Part shown: piece after piece, positions 26,849-38,002 of the stretch
Position numbering within the stretch: the stretch's first letter is position 1
Layout of the letters: every line of letters starts with the position of its first letter
Assembly (NCBI GenBank): GCA_036397555.1
Contig: DASWIS010000008.1
Coordinates: forward strand, 544,206 to 608,205
Reading direction: 5' to 3'
From: Candidatus Zixiibacteriota bacterium
GTDB lineage: Bacteria; Zixibacteria; MSB-5A5; WJJR01
Length of the DNA: 64,000 bases
The notes under the pieces: generated by a model
Told to the model about the DNA's origin: nothing
The model's database searches: none
The model's input: only the letters and a program-made list of their open reading frames with translations
Made by a program: the position numbers and the translations under genes

Positions 26849-27361
26849 ATGGATCAGGTCATTTTCTGGGCGGCGGCGATTGTTGCCGCGCTGGCAGCAC
26901 TCAGGACAGTCACGCTCCGTCATCCGGTCTCGGCGGTGTTGCATCTGATTGTCACACTGGTGGCGCTGGCGGTCCTGTTTTTGCAGTTGTCCGCCGAGTT
27001 CATCGCCATGTTACAGATCATCGTCTATGCCGGGGCGATCATGGTCCTGTTCCTGTTCGTGTTGATGCTGCTGAATCTGCGTAAGGACGAATTCGGTTCC
27101 GATGAAATCCCAGGCGTCAAGTTTTTAGGCGGCCTCCTGGCCATTGTCCTGTTGGTCGAATTCCTGGCGGTCTTTTCCAGCGGTGGGGCCGATGTATCTC
27201 CGATGCCGGAAGGATTCGGCGGCATCCGCACCATCGGGCGATTGTTGTTTAGCAAATACCTCCTGCCATTTGAACTGACCGGCCTGCTGCTGCTCGCCGC
27301 CGGATTGGCGGTCATCGTCATCGCGCGCGAAAAGTCACCGCGTCAGACCGAGGACATGTAG
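26849..27361 (+). CDS. nuoJ: NADH-quinone oxidoreductase subunit J
   Basis: Characteristic hydrophobic NuoJ N-terminus. Confidence 0.85.
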   Translation: MDQVIFWAAAIVAALAALRTVTLRHPVSAVLHLIVTLVALAVLFLQLSAEFIAMLQIIVYAGAIMVLFLFVLMLLNLRKDEFGSDEIPGVKFLGGLLAIVLLVEFLAVFSSGGADVSPMPEGFGGIRTIGRLLFSKYLLPFELTGLLLLAAGLAVIVIAREKSPRQTEDM

Positions 27362-27362
27362 C

Positions 27363-27671
27363 ATGCTGCCGGTCCCGCTGTCTCACTATCTCATTCTTGC
27401 GGCTGTGCTCTTTGTCATCGGCGTCGTCGGCGTCATCTCGCGCCGCAATGCCATCGTCGTGCTGATGGGTGTCGAACTCATGCTCAATGCCGCCAATCTT
27501 TTGTTGATTGTCTTCTCACGCGTGCACGCCGACCACAGCGGACAGGCGATGGTCTTCTTCGCGCTGACCGTCGCGGCCGCCGAAGCCGCAGTCGGGCTGG
27601 CGCTGTTGGTGGCGGTGTTCCGCCGCAAAGGCGTGATCAATGTCGATGCGCTCAATATGTTGAAGGGATAA
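27363..27671 (+). CDS. nuoK: NADH-quinone oxidoreductase subunit K
   Basis: 102 aa, 3 TM, motif [12 protein letters not shown]. Confidence 0.9.
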   Translation: MLPVPLSHYLILAAVLFVIGVVGVISRRNAIVVLMGVELMLNAANLLLIVFSRVHADHSGQAMVFFALTVAAAEAAVGLALLVAVFRRKGVINVDALNMLKG

Positions 27672-27687
27672 AAACCGAATACGCATC

Positions 27688-29616
27688 ATGACGTCTCTGA
27701 TCTGGACCATACCGCTGTGGCCGTTGGCCGGGTTTCTGCTCAATGGCTTCTTCGGCCGCCGTTGGGGGAAGCAGTCGACCGGGATGATCGCCTGCGGCAC
27801 GGTCGCCGTGTCGTTTGCGATCTCGGCGGCGGCGTTTCTCTCGTTGCTCTCGCGGGAGCCGCGTCAAATCATCCAAACACCGTTTCTCTGGATCGGTGTC
27901 GAGGATTTCCGAGCGTCGTTCAGCATCCTGTTTGATCCGCTCTCGGCGGTAATGGTCCTGGTCGTGACCGGAGTGGGATTCCTGATTCATGTCTACTCGA
28001 TCGGTTACATGGGTCACGATCCCGACTTCTCGCGCTACTTCGCATTCCTGAATCTGTTTGTCTTCTTCATGCTCATGCTCGTATTGGCCGACAACTTTCT
28101 GCTGCTGTATGTCGGCTGGGAGGGTGTCGGGCTGTGTTCGTATCTGTTGATCGGTTTCTGGTACAAGCGCGAATCGGCCGCGCGCGCGGGGATGAAGGCG
28201 TTCATCGTCAACCGCATCGGTGATTTTGGGTTTGCGATCGCCATCTTCCTGATCTTCACGACATTTGGCACCATCGGATTCCAACAGGTGTTCGCGGCGG
28301 CGCCGGCGGTCGCGGGAATCGCCGGTGCGACCATCACCGCCATCTGCCTGTTGCTCTTCCTCGGCGCGACCGGAAAGTCGGCCCAGATACCGTTGCATGT
28401 CTGGCTTCCCGATGCGATGGAAGGTCCCACGCCGGTCTCCGCGCTCATTCATGCCGCCACCATGGTCACAGCGGGAGTCTATTTGGTGGCGCGTTGTTCG
28501 GCGCTTTTTGCGCTCTCGCCGGTGGCGATGATGACAGTCGCGATCGTCGGGGCCGCCACCGCGCTCTTTGCCGCGAGCATCGCTCTGGTGCAAAACGACA
28601 TCAAGAAGGTGCTGGCCTATTCGACAATCAGCCAGTTGGGATACATGTTTCTGGCGCTCGGAGTCGGCGCGTTCGCGGCCGGAATCTTCCACCTGATGAC
28701 GCATGCTTTTTTCAAGGCGCTGCTGTTTCTCGGGGCGGGGAGCGTCATCCACGCGCTGTCCAGCGAGCAGGATCTGCGTAAGATGGGCGGTCTGCGCCAC
28801 GCCCTGCCGATTACATTCCGTACGTTCCTGATTGCGGCGCTGGCGATCGCCGGAATTCCGCCGCTGGCCGGGTTCGTCTCCAAAGATGAAATCCTCTGGA
28901 AGTCATTCTCCTCACCGGTCGGCCACTGGGCGCTGTGGGCGATCGGCAGTCTGACCGCGCTGCTCACCGCGTTTTACATGTTTCGTTTGGTATTCCTGGC
29001 CTTTTACGGTGAGAAACGCTACGCCGACGATATTCACCCACACGAGTCGCCGGCGTCGATGGCGATCCCGCTGATTGCCCTCGGCATTCTCTCGATAGCC
29101 GGCGGCTGGATCGGCTGGCCCGGTGCGCTGGGCGGCGGCGCGTGGATCGAACACTTTCTCGAGCCCGTGTTTGCCCAGGCGGATGCGGCGCTCCAACTGG
29201 GGGCACACACGGCATCGCGGACCGCCGAATACGCACTGATGGGCACGTCGGTGCTCGTTGCGCTCATCGGGATCGCATGGGCGAATCGCTGGTATGTCCA
29301 CAATCCGGCCGCAGCGGAAGCGATGCAGCGGCGTCTTGCCGGTTTCTACAACGTTTTGGCCAACAAATACAGGATCGATGAATTGTATGACTCGACCGTT
29401 GTGCGTCCGTTGATCGTACTGGGAACGAAGATCTATCGGCGCTTTGATCTCGGTGTCATCGATGCGACCGCCAATGGCGTTGCCTCCACCGCGCAGCAGG
29501 CGGCATCCGAAGGCGTCGCGCTGGCCACCGGACGATTCCGCTGGGGCGCGGTCACCTTTGCGCTCGGATGTGTCATCGGTGTCGGCTGGTTGTTGTTCGT
29601 GTTTGTGGACGGTTGA
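27688..29616 (+). CDS. nuoL: NADH-quinone oxidoreductase subunit L
   Basis: Antiporter-like subunit motifs (WLPDAMEGPTPVSALIHAATMV). Confidence 0.9.
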   Translation: MTSLIWTIPLWPLAGFLLNGFFGRRWGKQSTGMIACGTVAVSFAISAAAFLSLLSREPRQIIQTPFLWIGVEDFRASFSILFDPLSAVMVLVVTGVGFLIHVYSIGYMGHDPDFSRYFAFLNLFVFFMLMLVLADNFLLLYVGWEGVGLCSYLLIGFWYKRESAARAGMKAFIVNRIGDFGFAIAIFLIFTTFGTIGFQQVFAAAPAVAGIAGATITAICLLLFLGATGKSAQIPLHVWLPDAMEGPTPVSALIHAATMVTAGVYLVARCSALFALSPVAMMTVAIVGAATALFAASIALVQNDIKKVLAYSTISQLGYMFLALGVGAFAAGIFHLMTHAFFKALLFLGAGSVIHALSSEQDLRKMGGLRHALPITFRTFLIAALAIAGIPPLAGFVSKDEILWKSFSSPVGHWALWAIGSLTALLTAFYMFRLVFLAFYGEKRYADDIHPHESPASMAIPLIALGILSIAGGWIGWPGALGGGAWIEHFLEPVFAQADAALQLGAHTASRTAEYALMGTSVLVALIGIAWANRWYVHNPAAAEAMQRRLAGFYNVLANKYRIDELYDSTVVRPLIVLGTKIYRRFDLGVIDATANGVASTAQQAASEGVALATGRFRWGAVTFALGCVIGVGWLLFVFVDG

Positions 29617-29618
29617 CG

Positions 29619-31172
29619 ATGGAGCACCTGGGGATTCTCACCGCACTGATCGTTTGGCCCGTTGTAGTCGGAGTATTCGTGTTGCTGGCCGGACGCGGCG
29701 ATACGCTGCGGTCGGGATACATGGCCGCGGCGGGCGCCGCGATCGAGCTGGTGATCGCGATGTGGCTGTGGTTCGGTTTCGAGTTGTCGGCGGGGTTTCA
29801 ATTTGTCGAGCACACGCCCTGGATTCCCAGTCTGGGCATTTCCTACAGCGTCGGCATCGACGGCATCTCGCTGTTGCTCGTGCTGCTGACCGTGCTGTTG
29901 ACTCTGATCAGCATCGCCGCGTCGTTTACGTTTATCGGCAAAGCGCGCAATGGCTTTTATGCCTCGTTGCTGTTCCTCGAGGCGGGCGTCATCGGCGCAT
30001 TCGTCGCAACCGACGTGTTCTTGTTCTATGTTTTCTGGGAGGCGATGCTCATCCCGATGTATTTCCTCATCGGGGTTTGGGGCAGCGAGCGGCGCATCTA
30101 TGCGACCGTAAAGTTCGTGCTCTTCACGATGGTCGGTTCGCTCCTGATGCTGGTCGCGATCTTGTGGGCGTATCACTACGTCTCCGTTGGCGGCGCGCGG
30201 ACATTCGATTTGCAGGCATGGTACCAGACCGATTTTCCCGCATCGGTACAATTGTGGTTGTTTGCCGCATTCGCGCTGGCGTTCGCGATCAAAGTGCCGA
30301 TGTTCCCGTTTCACACGTGGCTGCCCGATGCGCATGTGCAGGCGCCCGCGGCCGGTTCGGTGATGCTGGCCGGGGTGCTGCTCAAGCTCGGCACCTACGG
30401 GTTCTTCCGTTTTGCCGCGCCGCTGTTTCCCGAGGCGTTCGCGGCGGCGCAGACGCCGATCATCATTCTCGCCGTCATCGGCATCGTCTATGGCGCGGTG
30501 ATGACATTGGTGCAGACCGACGTCAAGAGTCTGATCGCCTACTCGTCCGTTTCGCACCTGGGGTTCGTCATGCTCGGTCTGGCGGCGCTGAATTTGATCG
30601 GCGCGACCGGATCGCTCCTGCAGCAAGTCAACCACGGCATTTCGACCGGCGCGCTGTTTCTGATCGTCGGGATGCTCTATGAGCGCCGTCACACGCGGGC
30701 CATCGCCGACTACGGCGGGCTCTTCGCCACGGTGCCGCTGTTGACGATCGCGTTTCTCATCGTCATGCTGTCATCGGTGGGACTGCCCGGTACGAATGGC
30801 TTTGTCGGCGAGTTTCTCATTCTGCTCGGCGCGTTTCGTCATTCGCCCGTTGCGGCGATCATCGCGACGTCCGGTGTCGTGCTGGCGGCCGGGTATCTGC
30901 TGTGGCTGGTGCGCCGTGTGTTTTTCGGCCCGATGACGATATCGGCCAACGAGACGATCCCCGATTTGTCGCGACGTGAATTGGCGACCATCGTCCCGCT
31001 GGTCGCACTCATTATTTGGATCGGCGTCTATCCGCGCCCGTTTCTGGATCGCATTACCCCGGCGATTGATGCCTGGCTGCGTCAGGTCAAACCAGTGGAA
31101 CTGATCGAACAGCAGACGCCGTCGCCCGGAGTATTCGTCTCCGGCGAGAATCCATCGGAGCGCGAACAATGA
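29619..31172 (+). CDS. nuoM: NADH-quinone oxidoreductase subunit M
   Basis: Motif FHTWLPDAH. The start is taken at MEHLGIL immediately after the nuoL stop. Confidence 0.85.
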   Translation: MEHLGILTALIVWPVVVGVFVLLAGRGDTLRSGYMAAAGAAIELVIAMWLWFGFELSAGFQFVEHTPWIPSLGISYSVGIDGISLLLVLLTVLLTLISIAASFTFIGKARNGFYASLLFLEAGVIGAFVATDVFLFYVFWEAMLIPMYFLIGVWGSERRIYATVKFVLFTMVGSLLMLVAILWAYHYVSVGGARTFDLQAWYQTDFPASVQLWLFAAFALAFAIKVPMFPFHTWLPDAHVQAPAAGSVMLAGVLLKLGTYGFFRFAAPLFPEAFAAAQTPIIILAVIGIVYGAVMTLVQTDVKSLIAYSSVSHLGFVMLGLAALNLIGATGSLLQQVNHGISTGALFLIVGMLYERRHTRAIADYGGLFATVPLLTIAFLIVMLSSVGLPGTNGFVGEFLILLGAFRHSPVAAIIATSGVVLAAGYLLWLVRRVFFGPMTISANETIPDLSRRELATIVPLVALIIWIGVYPRPFLDRITPAIDAWLRQVKPVELIEQQTPSPGVFVSGENPSEREQ

Positions 31173-32599
31173 ACATCTCCGCCATTCTGCCCGAGGTCGT
31201 CCTGGCCATCGGCGCGGCGCTGGTCATGACCATCGACGCAATGACCGGGGGACGCCGCAACATCGGTTGGCTGGCGGCGCTGACTGTCATGGTCGCCGGT
31301 GGCGTGGTGATCTCCCAGTTCAATCAAATCGAAGCCGGATTCGACGGCATGGTCTTGGCCGACCGATTCGCGCACCTGATGCGCTTGGTCATCTATCTCG
31401 GGACGCTGCTGGCTCTGCTGACGGCAATCGGAGCTTGGAACGCGCGCGGATCGTCATCAGTCTTCGGTGCCGAACACTACGGGCTGCTGCTCATCGCCGT
31501 CGTGGGAATGGACCTGCTGGTCCTCAGCGCCGATATGACGATTCTGTTTCTGGGCCTGGAAATCCTCTCCATACCGCTGTATGGCATGGCAGCGGGACGG
31601 CTTGGTTCGGATCGGTCGGTCGAGGCGGGCGCGAAGTATTTTCTCAATGGGGCGTTCGCGTCCGGATTCGTGCTCTTCGGTATCGCGCTGGTCTACGGCG
31701 CGGCCGGCACATTCTCCTATGAACAGATTGGCCGCACGCTGCTGCTGGATGGCGATGCCACGGCGCCGTTGTGGTGGATCGGCGGATTGCTCATCGCGGT
31801 CGGCTTCTTCTTCAAGATCGCCGCGGCGCCGTTTCATGCGTGGGCGCCCGACGTCTACACGGGTGCGCCGACTCCGACTGTGGCATTCTTCGCGGCCGCT
31901 CCCAAGGTTGCGGCGCTCGGCCTGCTCGTACGGCTGACGCAGACAATGTTCGTCGATCTGCCGATGCAGCAATTGTTGTGGGGGGTCGCCTGGCTCTCGA
32001 TGCTGGTCGGCAACCTGCTGGCGCTGCGTCAACGTGAGCTCAAACGCCTCTTGGCGTACTCCGGCATCGCGCACATGGGATATGCGCTCGTAGCGCTCGT
32101 GGCCGGCGGCAGCGGTGCGGTCGGCGCGATCGGATTCTACCTGCTCGGTTACACCGGCATGGCGGTCGGCAGCTTTGCGGTGGCCTGTGCGGTCGGTTAC
32201 GACGGAGGGGAAGTCACCCTCGAGCGGCTCGCCGGTTTGGGCAAACGCCAGCCGTGGACCGCGGCGATGATGTCGGTCTTCATGTTTGCACTGGCGGGCA
32301 TTCCACCGACGGTCGGGTTTGTCGGCAAATTCGTTCTCTTCAGCGAGGCGGTCGGGGCCGGGCACTGGCCGCTCGTGATCTGGGCCGTGCTGTTTTCCGC
32401 GTTGTCACTGTACTATTACCTGCGCGTCGTCGTGGCAATGTGGATGTGGGAGGCAACCGAGGACACGGTCGAATCCTCGGCCGGACATGCCGCACTGCGC
32501 CCGGTGCTGGTGCTCGCTTCGCTCATTACGCTCATTCCCGGCGTGTTCCCTCAATATTTTCTCGCGGTAGCGTCAAAGTCGCTTTTCTGGCTATCTTAG
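31169..32599 (+). CDS. nuoN: NADH-quinone oxidoreductase subunit N
   Basis: Motif FHAWAPDVYTGAPTP. ATGA overlap with nuoM. Confidence 0.9.
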   Translation: MNISAILPEVVLAIGAALVMTIDAMTGGRRNIGWLAALTVMVAGGVVISQFNQIEAGFDGMVLADRFAHLMRLVIYLGTLLALLTAIGAWNARGSSSVFGAEHYGLLLIAVVGMDLLVLSADMTILFLGLEILSIPLYGMAAGRLGSDRSVEAGAKYFLNGAFASGFVLFGIALVYGAAGTFSYEQIGRTLLLDGDATAPLWWIGGLLIAVGFFFKIAAAPFHAWAPDVYTGAPTPTVAFFAAAPKVAALGLLVRLTQTMFVDLPMQQLLWGVAWLSMLVGNLLALRQRELKRLLAYSGIAHMGYALVALVAGGSGAVGAIGFYLLGYTGMAVGSFAVACAVGYDGGEVTLERLAGLGKRQPWTAAMMSVFMFALAGIPPTVGFVGKFVLFSEAVGAGHWPLVIWAVLFSALSLYYYLRVVVAMWMWEATEDTVESSAGHAALRPVLVLASLITLIPGVFPQYFLAVASKSLFWLS

Positions 32600-32679
32600 T
32601 GCCGGCTCGACCATCCGGCCCCCGGCTCCAATGAACCGGGCCTTGGCTCGTATGCATTTGTGACGTAGTATTTGCCCAC

Positions 32680-33708
32680 ATGACCGACAACGGCCACAAC
32701 ACTCCGCGCGCGCACGTCGTCTCGCTGTTTTCCGGCGGACTGGACTCATGCCTGTCGGTGCTCTTGATGCTCCGGCAGAATGTGAGGGTCACGGCGTTGA
32801 CCTTCATGACTCACTTCGGCTGCGACCTCTCGGATCGTTCATCCTGCTCGTCGAATCCATACCCCGCCGCGCGACAATTCGGCTTCGATGTCAAACTCGT
32901 ACATCTGGCCGACAAGTTCGTCAAAATCGTGCAGAATCCGGTCTACGGTTACGGCAAGAACATGAATCCATGTGTCGACTGTCGCATTCTGATGCTGACC
33001 GAAGCGAAGGAATACATGGAGATGGTCGGCGCCGATGCGATCGTCACCGGCGAAGTCCTGGGGCAGCGGCCGTTTTCACAATTACGTCCCAAGCTGGCGC
33101 TGACCGAAAAGCAGGCGGGTTTGCAGGGGCGCCTGCTGCGCCCCCTGTCGGCCAAGCTGCTGCCTCCGACACTTCCCGAGCTCGACGGACGCATCGACCG
33201 CTCGCAGCTTGAGGCGATTTCCGGACGCACGCGCAAGCGCCAATTCGAAATGGCCGCCGAATTCGGACTGGAGCACTTCCCGACACCGGCGTCCGGATGC
33301 CTGCTGACCGACCCGGAGTATTCCCGCAAGCTGCGCGATCTGCTGGCCCATTCGCCGCACATCAACTTCACCGATCTGAATCTGTTGCAATCGGGACGGC
33401 ACTTCCGTTTGTCACCCGACACGAAAATCGTGGTCGGACGCGACGAGAACGATAATTGCAAACTTGAGGCATATCTCGAACCGGGGGACTGGCGTGTCGA
33501 GGTGCTCGGTGTCGGTTCTCCCGTGACCGTCGTGCGGGGCACTCCGACGGCTGCGGAACTGGAAATGTCGGCCGCGATTACCGCGCGCTACTCCGATCGG
33601 AAGTCCGAGAAATCCGTCGAGGTCACTGTGATACACAATGGCGACAGTAAGACTCTTCGTGTTCCGCCTGCCGATGAGGCGCTGCTTGAATCGGTGCGGT
33701 TGAAGTGA
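32680..33708 (+). CDS. PP-loop ATP pyrophosphatase family protein (tRNA thiolation enzyme-like)
   Basis: SGGLDS PP-loop at the N-terminus, NPCVDCR, and VTGEVLGQRPFSQ (ThiI/MnmA-like motifs). No THUMP domain. Confidence 0.6.
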   Translation: MTDNGHNTPRAHVVSLFSGGLDSCLSVLLMLRQNVRVTALTFMTHFGCDLSDRSSCSSNPYPAARQFGFDVKLVHLADKFVKIVQNPVYGYGKNMNPCVDCRILMLTEAKEYMEMVGADAIVTGEVLGQRPFSQLRPKLALTEKQAGLQGRLLRPLSAKLLPPTLPELDGRIDRSQLEAISGRTRKRQFEMAAEFGLEHFPTPASGCLLTDPEYSRKLRDLLAHSPHINFTDLNLLQSGRHFRLSPDTKIVVGRDENDNCKLEAYLEPGDWRVEVLGVGSPVTVVRGTPTAAELEMSAAITARYSDRKSEKSVEVTVIHNGDSKTLRVPPADEALLESVRLK

Positions 33709-33726
33709 CCCCCGGTCGAACCCGCG

Positions 33727-35139
33727 TCACGTCGCCGATGTGTCGGCCGCCCGTTCCGCGCGCAGCCATCCCACCAGAAGGATCGTCACTGAAATGACCA
33801 GACCGGGGAAGATCGGTTCGGCTGACAGCGGATAGCTCCCGTAGAGGCCTCTCCACAAGACCCAGATTCCCGACACTGCGCCCGGCGCGACAATCCAAAT
33901 GACCACGGCGGGCGCCGTGAGTGTTGGCCGCTTACTGTAGAACGTCAACAGTACGGGCAGCAGGAGCATCGGCACACCGATCGATCCCAAATCGCGCCAG
34001 ATCGAAATCACCGATCGTGACAACAGCGCCAATGCCACAGCACCGATTGCCGCGACGACGATTGCATAGCGCGTAGCCGTTCGGATTCCGCGCTGCGTCA
34101 ACGGTTTGACACGGGCGATCAGATCGTACCCGAGTGCGACCGCCGCGATGAACATGTAGGAATCGACCGTCGAAACGACCGTGGCGAGTAACCCGACGAA
34201 GAACAACCCGGCGATGCCCGGCGGCAGCACGAGCGACGCCAGCGCCGGATACGCCATCTGCGGCGTCTCCAGGTCGGTCAGCGCCGCGCGCGCATACAGA
34301 CCGGTCGTTGTTGTCATGAAATCGAAAACGATCCAAAAGGCGATCGACCAGAAGATGCCGCGACGCGCAGTCCCCACCGTGCGGGTCGCGTAGCAGCGTT
34401 GATAGAACGCCGGTTCGACCAATGTCGCCAGCGCGATGAAGTACCACGACAGGACAAACCATCCCGAATTGCCGCCGTGCCAGGTCAGATGCGTTGCGGG
34501 CAGACTCTCCGCGAGGTACGACCAGCCGCCGTAGTGGCCGATTGCAAACGGCAGGATCAGAGCGAATCCGCCGAACATACACAAAAACTGCAGAATGTCG
34601 GCACGGATCGCCGCGCGAAATCCCCCGGTCAGCAGGTAGACGATCGAAACTAAGGCCCCGACCGATGCGCCGATCCACAACGGCCATCCCAGCAAAAGCC
34701 GCACAAGATCCCCGAGCATCAGCACGTAGGCCGCCGGCACCGTCATGACAAACACGACCAACGCGCCCGCCACGGCAGCACCCCGACCGTACGCCTGCTG
34801 CAGATGGTCAGGTAGCGAGACAAACTGCGTTTCGCGCGCCTTTCTCGCCAGAAAAAGCGCAAAGACAGCCGCCCACAGGTAATAGGGCAGCCCGAATACC
34901 AGCCAATTGGAAATGCCGTACAAATACGAATACTCACCGACGCCGAGAATGCCGCCGTACCATGTCGACACGAGAGAAGCGACAAACGCCGGCAGCGTCA
35001 GCCGACGGCCGCCGATCAGGTAGTCGGCTGCGTCGGGCGTGGAACGGTCCCTGCGGGATCGACGGAATCCGATATACCCCTGGACGACAAAGAACGCCCC
35101 GATGATGACCCAGTCGACCGGATGGAGAGACACCGTCAT
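33727..35139 (-). CDS. sodium:solute symporter family transporter
   Basis: ~13 TM with SSF-like N-terminal pattern. Confidence 0.8.
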   Translation of the reverse strand: MTVSLHPVDWVIIGAFFVVQGYIGFRRSRRDRSTPDAADYLIGGRRLTLPAFVASLVSTWYGGILGVGEYSYLYGISNWLVFGLPYYLWAAVFALFLARKARETQFVSLPDHLQQAYGRGAAVAGALVVFVMTVPAAYVLMLGDLVRLLLGWPLWIGASVGALVSIVYLLTGGFRAAIRADILQFLCMFGGFALILPFAIGHYGGWSYLAESLPATHLTWHGGNSGWFVLSWYFIALATLVEPAFYQRCYATRTVGTARRGIFWSIAFWIVFDFMTTTTGLYARAALTDLETPQMAYPALASLVLPPGIAGLFFVGLLATVVSTVDSYMFIAAVALGYDLIARVKPLTQRGIRTATRYAIVVAAIGAVALALLSRSVISIWRDLGSIGVPMLLLPVLLTFYSKRPTLTAPAVVIWIVAPGAVSGIWVLWRGLYGSYPLSAEPIFPGLVISVTILLVGWLRAERAADTSAT

Positions 35140-35160
35140 CGTCTGTGCTGCGCAGCCCGA

Positions 35161-37707
35161 TCACAGGACCGCGCGCAGTCCCGCGAAAAAGTTCCGCTTC
35201 GCCGCCGGGATAAAGAGGTAGTCGCCGTCCCAGTATCCGCCGGCTTCATATTCGGCATCGAACACGTTGTTGACATGGATATACGCGCTCACGCCGGGCC
35301 AGCCGACCAGTTTCTGCAGCTTCGCTTCACCGCGGAGGTTGAAGACTGTGCGCGCGTCGATGAGCGATGCGTCCTCGTTGGAGTTGTCGATGAAAATGGG
35401 TCCGACGTGATAGATGTGCGCCGACAAGCCGATGTACGGGTGTTCGTAGTTGGCACGCACATTCGCCAGGCGATTCGGAAAGAGCGCAAGCGTCTTCCCC
35501 GACAGATCGACAACCGAACCCTCGCCGGTGTCGTAGTCGTACAGATACAGATCGAATTCATCGAAACTGTTGTCCGATAGCGACAGGTTCCCGGAAACGG
35601 AGAGACCCTGCCCCAAATCGGCATTGGCCGACAGCTCGATCCCTTGATGGGTCGACCGCGGCGCGTTGGCCCGAATCGGCACCCCGTCATCGTTGATCTG
35701 TCCGTTGAACACGATCTCATCGTGGAAGCGCATGTGGAACAAATTGATCTCCGCCCGCCAGTGCGGCTGATTCAGTGAGGCGCCCAACTCGAAGTCCAGC
35801 AACCGCTCCGGCTTCATGATCGGGTCGTGTCCTTCGATCGTTCCGTCTGCCAGCGTTGCCGTATCGTCGAAGAAGTCTGCAACGTTGGCGTAGTAGTCCT
35901 GCACGTCGAAGATTTCGTCGTTGGTCGGTTCCTGCTCATTATAACTCACGCTGCCGAACATGCTCGCCCGGGCGTGTGGCCGAGCGGTGATTCCCAGGCG
36001 CGGTGAGATGAAATGATAGTCGGTCGTGTGCGTCACTCGCTGTCCCCAAATGTTCGGGAATCCGTCGTCGTAGCGCTCGTAACGTTTGAATGCGTATGAC
36101 ACAGCGCCCGTCAATGTCACTTCCGGAAACGGCGTCAGGATCTCCTGTCCGAACAACGACGCCACCGTCTGGGCGCCTTTGTACGAATAGTATCGCTGGT
36201 CCGGGACAAAGTCCTCCGGGGCGGGATTAGCCGATTTGACTTCGCCCCAGTGATCGGCGGTCAATCGCCTCAGCTCGGCGCCGAAGCTCAGTGTTCCATA
36301 GTCGTGATGGTGTGTGGCGCGCGGCACAATCCCCCAAAAGTCATTCTCAACCCAGCGTCGCCGTACCAGTTGTTCGGCGAGATCGATCAGAACGGTATCG
36401 ATCTTGATCTCGCCGTTGTCGTCATTCACCTCGATGTCCATAAACGGCGTCAACTGGTACTCGCCGAAGTCGCGGTCGAACCGCCGCTGATCGTAGAAAC
36501 CTTCGCCCTTGATGTAGTAGAGCGTGTTTTCCAGCGTCCACTGGTCACTGGGACGAAACTCGGTGAGCCATTGGTACTGCGGCTGATTGAAGTTGTCGGT
36601 TTCGCCGCCCCACAGAATGGGATTGAAACGCCGATCGCCTTCGGCAACACCGCTCGGCGAGATGGTCCCGCCGTCGATCTCCCACACAAATGACGTGTCC
36701 CCGTCAATGAATCGGCGCGGAATCCCCTGATAAGCCAGATGCGTCTGTTCGGGACCGCCGAAAACATACAGCCGATTGGTCCATTGCGCGTCATGTCGCG
36801 CCGCACCCAGGAAGTATGACCACAGATCGGTCCAGGCGTTGTCACGGTAACCTTCGGAGACGATCCGCGAAAACCGGCCGTAGACCGCATGCTGGCCGTC
36901 GATCAGTCCCGAATTCAGCGCGACGCTGAATTTGCGGGTATCATACGATCCGAAACCGGAATTGACCACAATGCGCCGCGGCCCCGTCAATTGGTCGGTC
37001 ACCAGATTGACCGTACCCCCGATGGAGTTTGATCCATACAGCGTCGTGCCGACGCCGCGCTGAAGCTGCACGTCCTCGACGCTCTCCAGCAAGTCGGGCA
37101 GGTCGATCCAGTAAACCTCGTGCGATTCGGGATCGTTGAGAGGAACACCGTTGATGAGCACCGAAACCCGCCGCTGCGCAAATCCGCGCACGAACAGGTA
37201 TGAATACCCGATTCCGTTGCCGTTGTCCGAGTACGCATACACGCCCGGCGATTCGGTCAACACCATGGGCACGTCCTGTGCGTGGTAGGTCCGCCGGATT
37301 TCTTCCTGCGTGATGTTGTCGAACGCGACCGGCGATTGCCCGCGCACAGCCCGATGCGACGTGACCACGACCTCTTCGCCGGACAGCACGGTCGGCTCGA
37401 TTTCGATCCTGAGGACATCGGGTCCCGGGACAACCGACAACGTCCTGGTGGCGTACCCGACATGACGGATTTCAATCCCAAATGCCCCCTCTGCAACATC
37501 CTTGAACAGGAACTCTCCGTTGCGATCCGCCGCCAACGATTGTTGCGCATCGACGATAGTGACCGTGGCCGCTGGGACGGGCCGGCCGCTGGCCGCGTCG
37601 ATAATGACACCGCGCAGTTGTGCCGCGTCGGCGATTGATGCGAGTATCAGCGGAGCGAGGCAGCCCGTAAAAGCGATTCTGACTCGTTGGCCGAACTGGG
37701 CAAACAT
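35161..37707 (-). CDS. TonB-dependent receptor with N-terminal carboxypeptidase-regulatory-like domain
   Basis: Plug and barrel motifs. Strong SD AAAGGAG upstream of ATG at 37707. Confidence 0.8.
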   Translation of the reverse strand: MFAQFGQRVRIAFTGCLAPLILASIADAAQLRGVIIDAASGRPVPAATVTIVDAQQSLAADRNGEFLFKDVAEGAFGIEIRHVGYATRTLSVVPGPDVLRIEIEPTVLSGEEVVVTSHRAVRGQSPVAFDNITQEEIRRTYHAQDVPMVLTESPGVYAYSDNGNGIGYSYLFVRGFAQRRVSVLINGVPLNDPESHEVYWIDLPDLLESVEDVQLQRGVGTTLYGSNSIGGTVNLVTDQLTGPRRIVVNSGFGSYDTRKFSVALNSGLIDGQHAVYGRFSRIVSEGYRDNAWTDLWSYFLGAARHDAQWTNRLYVFGGPEQTHLAYQGIPRRFIDGDTSFVWEIDGGTISPSGVAEGDRRFNPILWGGETDNFNQPQYQWLTEFRPSDQWTLENTLYYIKGEGFYDQRRFDRDFGEYQLTPFMDIEVNDDNGEIKIDTVLIDLAEQLVRRRWVENDFWGIVPRATHHHDYGTLSFGAELRRLTADHWGEVKSANPAPEDFVPDQRYYSYKGAQTVASLFGQEILTPFPEVTLTGAVSYAFKRYERYDDGFPNIWGQRVTHTTDYHFISPRLGITARPHARASMFGSVSYNEQEPTNDEIFDVQDYYANVADFFDDTATLADGTIEGHDPIMKPERLLDFELGASLNQPHWRAEINLFHMRFHDEIVFNGQINDDGVPIRANAPRSTHQGIELSANADLGQGLSVSGNLSLSDNSFDEFDLYLYDYDTGEGSVVDLSGKTLALFPNRLANVRANYEHPYIGLSAHIYHVGPIFIDNSNEDASLIDARTVFNLRGEAKLQKLVGWPGVSAYIHVNNVFDAEYEAGGYWDGDYLFIPAAKRNFFAGLRAVL

Positions 37708-38002
37708 CACGTACTCCTTTCGGGGCCCGAATAGCAAAACGGCCGTTTCCGGGACGGGAAACGGCGCGGTCTGAAGCGGCACGGCTGTCTGTCCGTACCG
37801 CCGCCTGGTCCGTTCCCTACGCCGGCATTACCCGGATCAGGTTCGAAGGGTGTTGTCTCAGGCCCCTTTGATGGGACCACCCCGCGAACACAGGCAAGTC
37901 CACAATAGAAAACTTCACGAGGCGACGCAAGCCGATTTGGGGTCAACGCTTCCCGCCCGTCACGGTGTCGGGTATATTGTCGTGCCCCACACGGTGATAA
38001 CG

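Noticed and set aside
27652-28800. 382 aa ORF antisense to nuoL
   Set aside because: Shadow ORF with an R/D/E/H-rich translation and no start context; nuoL on the plus strand is unambiguous. The same applies to 29433..30692(-), 31457..32365(-), 28912..29301(-) and 30771..31169(-).
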